53,305 nt of DNA, from positions 1 to 53,305 of the forward strand of contig JBHIAE010000021.1 of NCBI GenBank assembly GCA_046758445.1. Reading direction: 5' to 3'. A model generated the notes under the pieces. It made no database searches, was not told where the DNA came from, and saw only the letters and a program-made list of their open reading frames with translations. The translations under genes were made by a program, and so were the position numbers. Every line of letters begins with the position of its first letter. Within the stretch, counting starts at the first letter, position 1. The stretch is from Candidatus Thorarchaeota archaeon (GTDB lineage Archaea > Asgardarchaeota > Thorarchaeia > Thorarchaeales > Thorarchaeaceae). This document shows, in pieces, positions 27,456 through 37,405 of the stretch.

Positions 27456-28532
27456 TTGACTGAAGAAACCAACATCAGCGAGGACCTGATTGACAGGCTC
27501 CTTCTGATTGTGACATTGAACTCCACGTTACTTCATTTCATCCTCAGCTCACAGATAGAAGGCTCCGTTGATCCTGACAGAGTGGATTCGTTGACTCAGG
27601 GTTTGCTCAGGACTCGTAGGTGGATGGAAGAAGCCACGAACATGAAGGGCATCACTCCCTCAACGCAGAATATTATCAGCCTGATCGTTAAGAGGCTCTC
27701 ACAGATCGAGAGCATTCTACCCAAACTCTCTGCTAAAGCCAAGGAAGCGGAGGCAAAAGGAGCCCCCACACAAGAGATACTCTCACTTCTCGATGATGAA
27801 GCGAAAGTCGCAACCCATCACGCCTCATCCGAGGTAGCCGCACCAAAGGTTTCAGGCGGCGACGCCAAGGTCATTCCTTTGGTCGGTGAAGAGGCCGAAG
27901 CGCCTAGTGAGCCATACCGAAGGGTCGATGTGGAGAACGACGAGTGGGGTCTGATTGGACAGATGCAGCGAATGCTACAGCAGTATTCCAAGCGTTGCCA
28001 CACTCTGTTGCCAACGTTCTGGGTCGACACGCTGCGAGAGCTGCACAAATACCGTTCAGAGTCCCCATACATTGGCGATGTCATTGAGGTGCCCGGCAGG
28101 ATCCTGGTGACAATAGTGAAAGGGCTCCTGACAGAGGCACCGGGAGCCAGGCTGCTACAGGACCTATTCAAGAAACGTCCCGCCGAGAAGCACTTGAACT
28201 CTTCAGAAATGGAAAGAGTGGAACGGGCCGTCGCAAAGTACTTCTCAGGAGTCGTCGATGTTCTGAACGGACAGGAGCTGGATGTAGAGGAGAAGATAGC
28301 AGAGGCCAAGTCGACTTTTGATGGATTCGGATGGGGCGGACCAGAGCTAGAGAAGCGAATCATAAAGAGAATCAATCAGCAGTGCCAAGAGGCTCTGCAG
28401 AACGCAGAGTCTGCAAGCGATCCCCAGAGACAGGCCATCTACGCTGAGATAGCGAAACTACTCACCAAGCTTCAACATGCCATCCTTGCGGAGCCCAGGC
28501 TACGAGAAATACTCACACAAATGAAACCATAG
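27456..28532 (+). CDS. hypothetical helical protein, third gene of the tubulin-like operon
   Basis: 358-aa ORF starting 18 nt after the tubulin-like gene; two helical regions separated by an A/E/P-rich linker. Confidence 0.8.
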   Translation: MTEETNISEDLIDRLLLIVTLNSTLLHFILSSQIEGSVDPDRVDSLTQGLLRTRRWMEEATNMKGITPSTQNIISLIVKRLSQIESILPKLSAKAKEAEAKGAPTQEILSLLDDEAKVATHHASSEVAAPKVSGGDAKVIPLVGEEAEAPSEPYRRVDVENDEWGLIGQMQRMLQQYSKRCHTLLPTFWVDTLRELHKYRSESPYIGDVIEVPGRILVTIVKGLLTEAPGARLLQDLFKKRPAEKHLNSSEMERVERAVAKYFSGVVDVLNGQELDVEEKIAEAKSTFDGFGWGGPELEKRIIKRINQQCQEALQNAESASDPQRQAIYAEIAKLLTKLQHAILAEPRLREILTQMKP

Positions 28533-28633
28533 ATCGCGCATACTCTGTATCAATTCTGGTCAGACCACTCGAGGTACGCGCATCTCATATAAGGAGCCGA
28601 TTCATTCATGCGAAAGTTGGATGTGAAAGCTGG

Positions 28634-30040
28634 ATGTCCGGTCTCAAGACAATGCTCAATCCGAAGGCAACAGCTGTTATTGGGGTGTCCACCTCAAATC
28701 CCTTCTCCCCGGGTAACGTGATCTTCCGGAAGCTGTGCTTTGAGAACAATCTCACAACTTATCCAATTAACCCGCGTGGAGGTAATGTCGAGGGCAAGAA
28801 GGTCTACAAGTCGATCTTGGATGCGCCCGAGGGCATAGATCTGGCTGTGATTGCCATACGGGCAAAATACGTTTCAGAGGTTCTGAAACAGTGTGGGCAA
28901 AGAAACATCAAATCTGTCATTGTGGTATCTGGGGGTTTCAGCGAGGTTGGTGAGTCCGGGACTTCACTGCAGACAGAGATCGTCGAAATAGCCAACGAAC
29001 ATGGAATAACAATGGTCGGCCCCAATTGCATCGGTGTCTTTGTGCCAGAACGTCTTGACACTTTCTTTCTACCGTCCGAGAGGGTCGCAAGACCCAGAAA
29101 GGGCGGCGTAGCGATAGTGTCGCAGAGTGGAGGCTGGCTTGTCGAGAGACTGGAGGAGTTCGCTGATAGGCATGTCGGAATCGCAGCCGCAGTTTCGATT
29201 GGGAATCAGGCTCAGACGAAAGCGGCCACATTCGTTGAGCACTTTGGACATGATGATGATGTCTGTGTGATTCTCGTCTATGTGGAGGGGTTTGGCGAGA
29301 ATGAAGGAAGAGAGTTTGTGGAAGTCTGTGCCAAGATAGCGCCGAAGAAGCCGGTTGTCGTTCTGAAAGGAGGAGAATCAGAGGCTGGACACCGTGCAAC
29401 ACAGAGTCATACGTCATCACTGGCAGGAAACATGGCAATAGCGAATGCCGCATTTGAACAGTTCGGAGTTATCAGAGCCGTGGATGAGGATGAGGTGATG
29501 GCATACTCGAAGGTATTCTCATTTCGTCCAAAGCCAATGAAAGGAACCGGTGTGGGGACACTTACTGTAAGCGGAGGACACGGTGTCATCGCTAGTGATG
29601 AGGCATCGCATTACGGACTTCAATTCCCTCCCTTCTCCAAAGATGAACAACATGCTATGAGAGATGTCATGACACCGGCATACCAGGGGATAGCCTCATT
29701 CCGGAACCCTTGCGATTTGACTGGAAGTGCATCAGATATTGACTATGAAAGAGTCCTGGATGTGATGCTCACGTTCGACAACATCGATGCAGGTCTAATG
29801 CTCCTGTTACCTTATGCGCCTGGGATCTCGCTCCAAATCGGAACCCGAGTCGCAAATGTGGCCAAACGCCATGACAAGACAGTGGTTGCATATGTCCCCA
29901 ATCTCGATAAGTATGAGGTCATCATCCGGGGTTTTGAGATAAATGGCATTCCAGTAGCCGACACCATTGAGGAGGCTGTTCAGATGCTTGACGGCATCAG
30001 GAAACGCTCATCATATCTGCTCCGCATTGGAGAGATATGA
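28634..30040 (+). CDS. acdA: ADP-forming acyl/acetyl-CoA synthetase alpha subunit
   Basis: YPINP, GGFSE, GPNCIG, SQSG, SIGN, LKGG, phospho-His SHTSSLAG, NPCDLTG. Confidence 0.9.
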   Translation: MSGLKTMLNPKATAVIGVSTSNPFSPGNVIFRKLCFENNLTTYPINPRGGNVEGKKVYKSILDAPEGIDLAVIAIRAKYVSEVLKQCGQRNIKSVIVVSGGFSEVGESGTSLQTEIVEIANEHGITMVGPNCIGVFVPERLDTFFLPSERVARPRKGGVAIVSQSGGWLVERLEEFADRHVGIAAAVSIGNQAQTKAATFVEHFGHDDDVCVILVYVEGFGENEGREFVEVCAKIAPKKPVVVLKGGESEAGHRATQSHTSSLAGNMAIANAAFEQFGVIRAVDEDEVMAYSKVFSFRPKPMKGTGVGTLTVSGGHGVIASDEASHYGLQFPPFSKDEQHAMRDVMTPAYQGIASFRNPCDLTGSASDIDYERVLDVMLTFDNIDAGLMLLLPYAPGISLQIGTRVANVAKRHDKTVVAYVPNLDKYEVIIRGFEINGIPVADTIEEAVQMLDGIRKRSSYLLRIGEI

Positions 30041-30088
30041 GGTCAAGATGGAGAAGAGAAGTTCAACTGACAGCGTCACGTCAGGCGA

Positions 30089-31213
30089 CTAGCCTGCTAC
30101 CTTCTTGTAGTCTATATCCAGAGAGTTCAGCGCCTCAATGAGAGAACCACCCAATATCAGTGGTCTATCTACCAACGCTTCCACCTTGCGGCAGCCCGTA
30201 AGATACATCGCCACACGGAGACCTTCGAGCAAGCGCTCAATCTCAACAATTACGTCTAGTGAGGAGCCCATGACTGCAGGTCTAAGTAGCGGATGGGCCA
30301 CTCCTGCGGCCATTCCACCTAGTGCCAGACCTTTCGCAACGTCAAGACCTGTTCGGATCCCACCGGTCGCAATGATATCTAGGTCTGTTGCGTCTCTAAC
30401 CATGATAATGCTCAAGGCAGTTGGTATGCCCCAAGACCAGAAATTAAGGCCAAGCTGGGCTTTGAGGTCGTCGTCCTCACGCAGCGCTCTGAAGTACTCA
30501 ACAGCAGCCCAACTCGTTCCTCCAACTCCGCCAACATCTATGGCATCGACACCTATCGCCTCAAGCGCCTGGGCCACCTCTCCAGATATTCCTGCTCCTG
30601 TTTCCTTTACAAGTACTGGAATATCAACTGAGTCAACAATTGATGCTATGTTGTCTAGAGCTCCCTCTGAATTGCAGTCACCTTCGGGTTGAACCGCCTC
30701 TTGGAGCGGATTCAGATGAATGGCGAGGATGTCGGCCTCAATCATCTCAATAGCTGACGGGGCAAATTCCACATGAGTGGCTCCAATATTGGCGATCACC
30801 GGAACCGAAGGTGCTTTTTCCCTCACAACTCGAAAAGTGTCACTGAGTGAGGGGTCCTCAACAGCCGCTCGCTGACTTCCAACACCTATCGGGATCCTAA
30901 GCATCTCGGCGGCTTCAGCAAGTTTCCGGTTGATCTCATATGTCCTGGGATGCCCACCAGTCATTGCGGCGATTACAAGAGGTGCGTTCGCCCGCAGGCC
31001 AAGGAAATTGGTTGTTAGGTCTATCTTGTCTTTGTCTATCTCTGGCAGAGCATTGTGTATGAAGCTAACGAATTCAAACATTGTTGACAGGCGAGTCTGA
31101 ACATCCTCTTCAAGGCAAATCTCGATGTGCTCAATCTTCCTTCTTTGAGTTAGAGAGGACTCGGAGAGATCCTCCTCTGATGTGCCATTTGCAGTGGGCT
31201 CTCCTCTTGTCAT
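30089..31213 (-). CDS. fni: type 2 isopentenyl-diphosphate delta-isomerase
   Basis: RKIEHI, AMTGG, GVGSQR, ANIG, HLNPLQEAVQPEGD, VKETGAG, GGTSW, WGIPT, TGGIR. Confidence 0.96.
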   Translation of the reverse strand: MTRGEPTANGTSEEDLSESSLTQRRKIEHIEICLEEDVQTRLSTMFEFVSFIHNALPEIDKDKIDLTTNFLGLRANAPLVIAAMTGGHPRTYEINRKLAEAAEMLRIPIGVGSQRAAVEDPSLSDTFRVVREKAPSVPVIANIGATHVEFAPSAIEMIEADILAIHLNPLQEAVQPEGDCNSEGALDNIASIVDSVDIPVLVKETGAGISGEVAQALEAIGVDAIDVGGVGGTSWAAVEYFRALREDDDLKAQLGLNFWSWGIPTALSIIMVRDATDLDIIATGGIRTGLDVAKGLALGGMAAGVAHPLLRPAVMGSSLDVIVEIERLLEGLRVAMYLTGCRKVEALVDRPLILGGSLIEALNSLDIDYKKVAG

Positions 31214-31290
31214 GGAATTGCCTCCCAGTGGACCAGAGAGTATGACCGGAGCTTGATAGCAGTTGCGGTCATATATGATAACTAGTCACG

Positions 31291-31751
31291 CTAGTCATCA
31301 CCTTTCATGAAGGACCATCCTGCAGCTACCATCTCTTTCTTTGTCTTCAACCAGTTGTCAAATCCCTCATCTCTGATCTTTCTCAGGGAAGAAAGTGCTT
31401 TCGGATTATTGCCCAGCAACTCGCAGTTTACCATTCTGATGCAATCAACGCAGGTAGTATAGCCCCTGTCGGAAGCGCACGATCTTACCTTGCAGTCCTT
31501 CCTTCCGCCGCCATCCTTACAACCTTTGCAGCTTCCATACTGTTTCGCCAAACCATCCAAAACTCTCTCAAACTCGTCAAAGTCGGAAATGGATTGGTCT
31601 TCCTCCGAAAGTTGCGCAGCCTTTGCTCCAATGGGATGATGTTCGAGAAATCTCCCAAGTTCATCAGCGTGACCTTTCACTTTGCCTTGATAGACTTCGC
31701 CCCAGCACGGTATAGACCACAATAGGATGTAAAGTCCACTGAGTCAGGCAA
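31291..31751 (-). pseudogene. DUF3795-like Cys-rich protein with an apparent frameshift near the N-terminus
   Basis: TTG 31751 gives MPDSVDFTSYCGLYRAG in one frame. The body (EVYQGKV...CKGCK...CKVRSCA...CVDC...C) lies in another frame, with the junction at the G4 run at 31700-31703. Confidence 0.65.
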
Positions 31752-31955
31752 TGTGTCAGTCTCCAAACAACATTGGTCGTTTTTGAGACAAGTATTGTAC
31801 TAAAAGGGTGTTCAAAAGTGTCCTTGGGCGCCAAAGATGACATTCTTGCAAGAAGACGGCCCCTCTTAAATGGATTCCACATTGTTAAAAGCATGTTCAA
31901 CCAAGAATCTAGGAAGACGGGTTAGGTCATTTCTGCTTAGAGGAGGAAGTATCCT

Positions 31956-32672
31956 GTGACGATAGTAATCGTCAAGTTCCCGGGAACCAACAGTGAGAGG
32001 GACGTGATGCGAGCCCTCATGCCAATTCCTGGTGCTGAGCCTCAGATTGTGTTGAGTCGAGAGGATCCTTCTATTCTTCGAGCTGCAGATGGAGTCATCA
32101 TTCCGGGTGGACTCTCGTACGGAGACTACGTTCGCGTTGGCGCCGCCGACGCAATTGATGGAATGCGGGATGTGATAAGAGGCATCGCGAAATCTGGGAA
32201 GCCCATGCTGGGGATAGGTAACGGGTTCCAGATTCTCTCGGAGTTCGGAATCTTACCGGGCAAGCTAAAGCCAAACAAATCAGGCCGTTTCGTTTCCAAA
32301 TGGGTCTATCTTAGAGTCTGCAAAGACCCAACGGTATTCACAGCAGGACTTGAAGGCAAGGTCATTCGGATACCCATAGCTCATTCCGAGGGAAGGTACA
32401 GAATTGGCAAGAACGGATTGGAACGTCTGAACAGCTCGGGAGGAGTTGTTTTCAGGTACTGCGACGAGGATGGCGAAATAACGCCCCAGGCCAATCCAAA
32501 TGGATCTCTGGAGAATATCGCAGGAGTCGTGAATGCGGAAGGAAATGTAATGGGACTCATGCCTCACCTTGAGAGGGCAGTCAGAGTAGAAACCGGCTCC
32601 AATGATGGACTCTTGATTCTGGAGAGTTTCGTAAGGTCAACAAAGGGCAACTATGGTGTAACCGATGCTTAG
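31956..32672 (+). CDS. purQ: PurQ-like glutamine amidotransferase subunit, nucleophile Cys replaced by Gly
   Basis: FPGTN, PGGLSYGDY, GIGNGFQIL (canonical GICNGFQ), PIAHSEG, NPNGS, GLMPHLER. Confidence 0.9.
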   Translation: MTIVIVKFPGTNSERDVMRALMPIPGAEPQIVLSREDPSILRAADGVIIPGGLSYGDYVRVGAADAIDGMRDVIRGIAKSGKPMLGIGNGFQILSEFGILPGKLKPNKSGRFVSKWVYLRVCKDPTVFTAGLEGKVIRIPIAHSEGRYRIGKNGLERLNSSGGVVFRYCDEDGEITPQANPNGSLENIAGVVNAEGNVMGLMPHLERAVRVETGSNDGLLILESFVRSTKGNYGVTDA

Positions 32673-34809
32673 CGAAAATGAACGTGACCAGTTGGCAGTC
32701 GCTCTAGGTAGAAACCCTACGGAGGTCGAACTAAAGATCGTCGGAGCTCTCTGGTCTGAGCGTCGGAGCTACAAGAGTAGTAGACGCTGGTTCCAACTCT
32801 TCAAGACAGATGGGGAAAGAGTCATACTCGGATTGGGCGGGGGTGCAGGCATGGTTGATCTCGGGGATGGTATTGCTCTAGGGCTTGCACTAGAGTCGAA
32901 CAACCATCCGACTCAGCTAAACCCGTACAATGGTGCCGCCGCTGGTGTTGCAGGTGTTATCAGCGACGTTATTTCACACGGCTGTAAGCCTATAGGCCTC
33001 CTGAACAGCCTCAGGTTCGGAACCCCTGAGGAACCGCGTAACGCAAGCAAGTTGAAGGATGCAATAAAGGGTATCTCAGAGTTCGCTAACAGCGTAGGGA
33101 TACCGATGGTTGGGGGAGAGCTTGAGTTTGACAACTCATTTGAGCGAAACTGCCTTCTGAACATAGCATGCGTCGGCGTGACAGAAACTGGTAAGGTCGT
33201 GAAAGAATTCTCCTCAGATCCAGGATTTCCACTGATTCTATTTGGAGCACTAACCGCGAACGAGAAACTACTAGAGTCCGATGAAAAGTCGCGAGAATCT
33301 GGGGTCACTTCATCTGGAAGCCCTTTGGCGAAGAGAATACTCATCGACACCCTTGAACAGCTACTCGAAGAGAGGCTTCTGTCAGGTCTAGAGGACCTTG
33401 GAGGTGGAGGACTTGCATGGGCAAGTGCCAAGCTGGCTGCCAAGGGAAACATCGGGTTCGAGATTCGTGTGGATGCTGTGCCACTGTCAGAGGATGAGAT
33501 TGACCCAATTGACATTGTCTTGTCAGAATCTCAGGATCGCATGTTGGCAGTAGTCAGTCCTCAGAACCTTGAGCCGGTGCTGAAGATACTTGATGGAAAC
33601 AGAGCACCTCATGCAGTCATCGGCAAGGTAACTGAGGACCAAACAATAACAATGAGTTACTATCTGGATGTCATCGCAAACTTACCTACCGCTCTCCTTG
33701 TCAGTGGTTTTTCAGAGCCAGAACGATATGAAGAGCACCTGCCAGAAAGGTCTGCATCTCATGATTGGCTAAAAGAGCCCAAGAATCACGCAAGAATGCT
33801 GCAATCACTTCTCGAGTCTCTGAACGTCACAAGCAGAGAATGGGTCTATAGCCAGTTTGATCAACATGTTCAAGCGAACACTCTCGTCGACATAGGTCAG
33901 AATGCTGGTGTCCTCGAGGTGGCAAAAGGAAAGAGAGTGGCATTTACTACAACGTGTAACTCCTTTTGGTGCCTTCTTGACCCTAGAATCGGGGCCGCTA
34001 ACTCGTCGTCGTTGGCGCTGAGGAATCTCGTGTCTGTTGGAGCAACACCCATTCTGATGGCTGACTGTATAAACTTGGGAAACCCCGAACGGCCAGAATC
34101 CTACGCTCAGTTTGTAGAAGCAGCAAAGGGAATTGGAGATTTCTCCCACGACTTCGACATACCAGTGATCACTGGCAATGTGTCACCATATAACGAGATT
34201 AGCATTGGAAAAGAAGTTCTGAGAATCAACCCGACACCCCAGGTAGTTATGGCTGGCACGCTAGCTGAAGGTAGACCGCCAATTCGAAGAAGTCTATGCA
34301 CTCCTTGGGCAAATGTCTTCCTCATCGGAGAAACCCATAGAGAGCTAAACGGTTCCGAATTTCAAAGACTTCAACTTGGGCAGGTTCAAGGCATTCCACC
34401 AGGATACCAGCCACGGGCTGAGCAGAAAGCGATGAATGCCGTTCTTTCAGCTCACTCAAATGGAATACTCAGATCCTGCAATAATGTCGGCCGCGGAGGC
34501 CTCGGTGTAGCTCTGCTCAAGATGACAATGGGAGGGGACTATGGGTTCAGGATTGACCTCTCCGATGTACCGGGTACGGCAAAGAGTCTTACAGAGATAC
34601 TCTACTCTGAGAGTTCAGCAAGATACGTAGTGGAAGTCACAGAAACTAAACAGCCAGAGTTTCTCGATATCATGAAACGGCACGAAGTATCAGTTTGCGA
34701 ACTGGGGCTCACAATGGCCGGTTCGACGGCGAATTTCGGAAGCTTTGTGCTTGAAATGGATGATGCTAGAAAGAGCTATCAATCCGGGCTCATCAGATAC
34801 ATGAAGTAG
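32665..34809 (+). CDS. purL: small PurL-like FGAM synthase subunit with substituted catalytic residues
   Basis: LGRNPTEVE, WSERRSYKSS, ESNNHP, LRFG, GGE, SESQDRM, WVYSQFD, GNPE, GNVS, PTP; overlaps purQ by 8 nt. Confidence 0.9.
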   Translation: MLSENERDQLAVALGRNPTEVELKIVGALWSERRSYKSSRRWFQLFKTDGERVILGLGGGAGMVDLGDGIALGLALESNNHPTQLNPYNGAAAGVAGVISDVISHGCKPIGLLNSLRFGTPEEPRNASKLKDAIKGISEFANSVGIPMVGGELEFDNSFERNCLLNIACVGVTETGKVVKEFSSDPGFPLILFGALTANEKLLESDEKSRESGVTSSGSPLAKRILIDTLEQLLEERLLSGLEDLGGGGLAWASAKLAAKGNIGFEIRVDAVPLSEDEIDPIDIVLSESQDRMLAVVSPQNLEPVLKILDGNRAPHAVIGKVTEDQTITMSYYLDVIANLPTALLVSGFSEPERYEEHLPERSASHDWLKEPKNHARMLQSLLESLNVTSREWVYSQFDQHVQANTLVDIGQNAGVLEVAKGKRVAFTTTCNSFWCLLDPRIGAANSSSLALRNLVSVGATPILMADCINLGNPERPESYAQFVEAAKGIGDFSHDFDIPVITGNVSPYNEISIGKEVLRINPTPQVVMAGTLAEGRPPIRRSLCTPWANVFLIGETHRELNGSEFQRLQLGQVQGIPPGYQPRAEQKAMNAVLSAHSNGILRSCNNVGRGGLGVALLKMTMGGDYGFRIDLSDVPGTAKSLTEILYSESSARYVVEVTETKQPEFLDIMKRHEVSVCELGLTMAGSTANFGSFVLEMDDARKSYQSGLIRYMK

Positions 34810-34955
34810 GGATCGAGGGCGAATCACTTCTTCCGAACCACAGGATTCGTGAGCTGTGAATCGCAGTAATCGTTTGGAAAGTTGATATTCACCAAGTTCG
34901 CCCAAGCGCTGGTATAATAAGTCCGTTCTTAAGACATAGCTGGAGCGCTAGAGAG

Positions 34956-36104
34956 ATGAGAGGAAGACTCCAATATCCGTACTCTGAGGCCCTGATGGAC
35001 TACGAGTTCCGGACTGATCATCCACTGAAGCCTGACCGACTTCGCCTGACTTATGAGCTCTCTAGAGAGTTAGGTCTTCTAGAGTCCGTAAATCTCTTCA
35101 AACCGACTATGCCCACAAGAGATGACATCGAGCTTTTCCATACTCCTGATTACATCGACGCAGTCATCGAGTGTGGAGATTCTCTAAGTCCAAAGCCAGA
35201 GTATGGACTAGGCACATCAGACAATCCAGTGTTTCCAAGATTGTATGACGCAGCCAGCAGGTACGTTGGTGCTACTCTTGATGCGATGAAAGAAATCATC
35301 AAGGGTGCATCAAACGCTTTCGTTATCTCCGGTGGACTGCATCACGCGCACCGTAGTATGGCCTCAGGGTTCTGCATATTCAACGACGTAGTCATCTCAG
35401 TCCTTCATCTCCTGAAACAGAAATCGGCCAAGGTCCTGTACTTTGATTTCGATGCGCACCATGGTGACGGTGTTCAGAATGCGTTCTACAAATCGAAAAA
35501 CGTCCTGACAATCTCTGTACACCAGACCGGACAGACCCTCTTTCCAGGGACAGGCTTCATTCATGAAATGGGTGGAGGTGAGGGACTAGGCTACTCAGTC
35601 AACATTCCCGTCTTGCCAGGCGCTAGCAGTGAAGAACTGATCCAAGTAGTAGACGAGGTGGTTGTCCCTCTCTTCAAGTCCTTCGAACCAAACCTCTTGG
35701 TCACACAGCTAGGAGTCGATGGACACTTCATGGACCCACTAGCCTATCTAGGCTATACGACCTATGGATTCGAATCGGCTCTTCAGAAACTCAAGAAGCT
35801 TGCAGACGACATCTGCGACATCGGCTGGCTCGCCGTAGGTGGTGGTGGGTATCACCCCGTGAACGTGGCTCGACTGTGGTCGTTGTTTCTCGCTACGATT
35901 CTAGGGAAGGGTGTACCGAAGGAGCTACCTGAATCATTCCGGGAAAGATGCATCAAACTTGGCTACCATAGCTTTCCCGAAGGGATGAGAGATGAGAATC
36001 CGGTTGTGCAGGCTTATCTTCCGCGCGAACAGGTGGCACTTGACCTGGACCGTATTGTTCGCCGGCTGAAGGAGATGGTCTTCCCATACCACGGAATCGC
36101 CTAA
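34956..36104 (+). CDS. Zn-dependent histone deacetylase family protein (AcuC-like)
   Basis: HPLKPDR, GGLHHA, SGFC, DFDAHHGDGVQ, FPGTG, QLGVDGH..DPL, GGGGY. Confidence 0.95.
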   Translation: MRGRLQYPYSEALMDYEFRTDHPLKPDRLRLTYELSRELGLLESVNLFKPTMPTRDDIELFHTPDYIDAVIECGDSLSPKPEYGLGTSDNPVFPRLYDAASRYVGATLDAMKEIIKGASNAFVISGGLHHAHRSMASGFCIFNDVVISVLHLLKQKSAKVLYFDFDAHHGDGVQNAFYKSKNVLTISVHQTGQTLFPGTGFIHEMGGGEGLGYSVNIPVLPGASSEELIQVVDEVVVPLFKSFEPNLLVTQLGVDGHFMDPLAYLGYTTYGFESALQKLKKLADDICDIGWLAVGGGGYHPVNVARLWSLFLATILGKGVPKELPESFRERCIKLGYHSFPEGMRDENPVVQAYLPREQVALDLDRIVRRLKEMVFPYHGIA

Positions 36105-36111
36105 AGGACCT

Positions 36112-36735
36112 CTAGAACTCATTGCTGGCCGCAACAACGGTGTCTATCCACTTCTGGACTATCTTAGTAACCATGTCTGAAGCCGCAGCCACCATGATGG
36201 AATCAGCATCCTCCGACAACAATGACGATGGGTCGACACCTGAACGGGCAATACGAAGAAGTGCTGGATAGGACAGGAACCCGAGGGCTTGGATAATGTC
36301 CCTGGAATCAACAGCTGTCACTTTCAAGTCTGAACCGAGCAAATCAGTGGCAGAAACGTTGGGGTCTGCGTCCAGAACCTTCGTCAGAAGTTCTAGGCTA
36401 GAGGTGACAACTACGTCTGGTTCCACGCATTCATCAAATACGTTTACCCTCCCCCTATCAAAGGCCAGAGAGTACTCCTCTTTGGTGTCGGTGGTTCTGA
36501 AACAGAACGAAATGTTTCTGTACGAACCGGCCGACATGCTCATGTATTCTTCGAACTCAGAGTCAGACAGTCTATGCATCTCCCGGGCTTTTTCCAGACT
36601 CACGTTCAAGGCGGCACAGCATCCGTCTACAATGGGCCCAAGGTACTCCATTAGCATGAATTTGTCAATGTTGATGTCGTGCGCCAACTGCAACAGACTT
36701 CTTTCAAGGCTTCGCTGTCGTTCCTCTTCATTCAA
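36112..36735 (-). CDS. hypothetical protein, possible SCP2-like domain
   Basis: 207-aa ORF. The central FCFRT..EEYSLAFDRGRVNV...PDVVVT...LKVT segment resembles the SCP2 strand pattern. Confidence 0.6.
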   Translation of the reverse strand: MNEEERQRSLERSLLQLAHDINIDKFMLMEYLGPIVDGCCAALNVSLEKAREMHRLSDSEFEEYMSMSAGSYRNISFCFRTTDTKEEYSLAFDRGRVNVFDECVEPDVVVTSSLELLTKVLDADPNVSATDLLGSDLKVTAVDSRDIIQALGFLSYPALLRIARSGVDPSSLLSEDADSIMVAAASDMVTKIVQKWIDTVVAASNEF

Positions 36736-36741
36736 TGGGAT

Positions 36742-37209
36742 TCAGTATGAAAAGTAACATGCTCCTTTTAGAGCTGATGATTCTAATACCACGAGCGTGA
36801 CTGTGGCAGCGGTTAGTGCTATGATCGTGATTGCCAGAAGCGCTATTAGAATGGAGCGATACCCTTCTTCCGAGCGCCTATCCAAAAGAACCAGAACCGC
36901 TCCGGCAACAAAGAATGGAAGAGCTGCAACCATGTGTGTGAAAGTGTTTGCAGTCCAATAGACCCTAACCCAAGGGTCAAGAAGTACGATGAACAGGTAG
37001 CAAAGGAAGACTAGGAGGTACGCATATCCTACAATGGCCCTACTTCTAGTTGTTCTTGCTCGAAATCTCTGATCAGACAACCACGCAAACAACGCCAAAA
37101 GGGCAATCGGACCCAACAGCAGGATGATGAGGGACGCGTTTTGGAGCCCACTCTGTGAAGCATAGAGAAAGAGGGCAATAGATCTCCCGTACTCAGAGGT
37201 GGCGTCCAT
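36742..37209 (-). CDS. hypothetical membrane protein (about 4 TM)
   Basis: Four hydrophobic segments; GGAGG RBS; ends 6 nt before the next gene. Confidence 0.7.
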   Translation of the reverse strand: MDATSEYGRSIALFLYASQSGLQNASLIILLLGPIALLALFAWLSDQRFRARTTRSRAIVGYAYLLVFLCYLFIVLLDPWVRVYWTANTFTHMVAALPFFVAGAVLVLLDRRSEEGYRSILIALLAITIIALTAATVTLVVLESSALKGACYFSY

Positions 37210-37405
37210 TGGCTATTTACCTCCGCACGATTGTTCAATCACAGCTATTGACGCACCATAGGATGTTGTCAAGGGCCCGATATCAACTCTTCTCATAGTG
37301 ACAGGCCACACACACTTTTCTTTTATTGATGTGCGCGGATTCTCAACACTGGGAGTATTATTAGAAACCAATTATGCGAACTCCGAGTCAAGGCTGTGAG
37401 CATCA

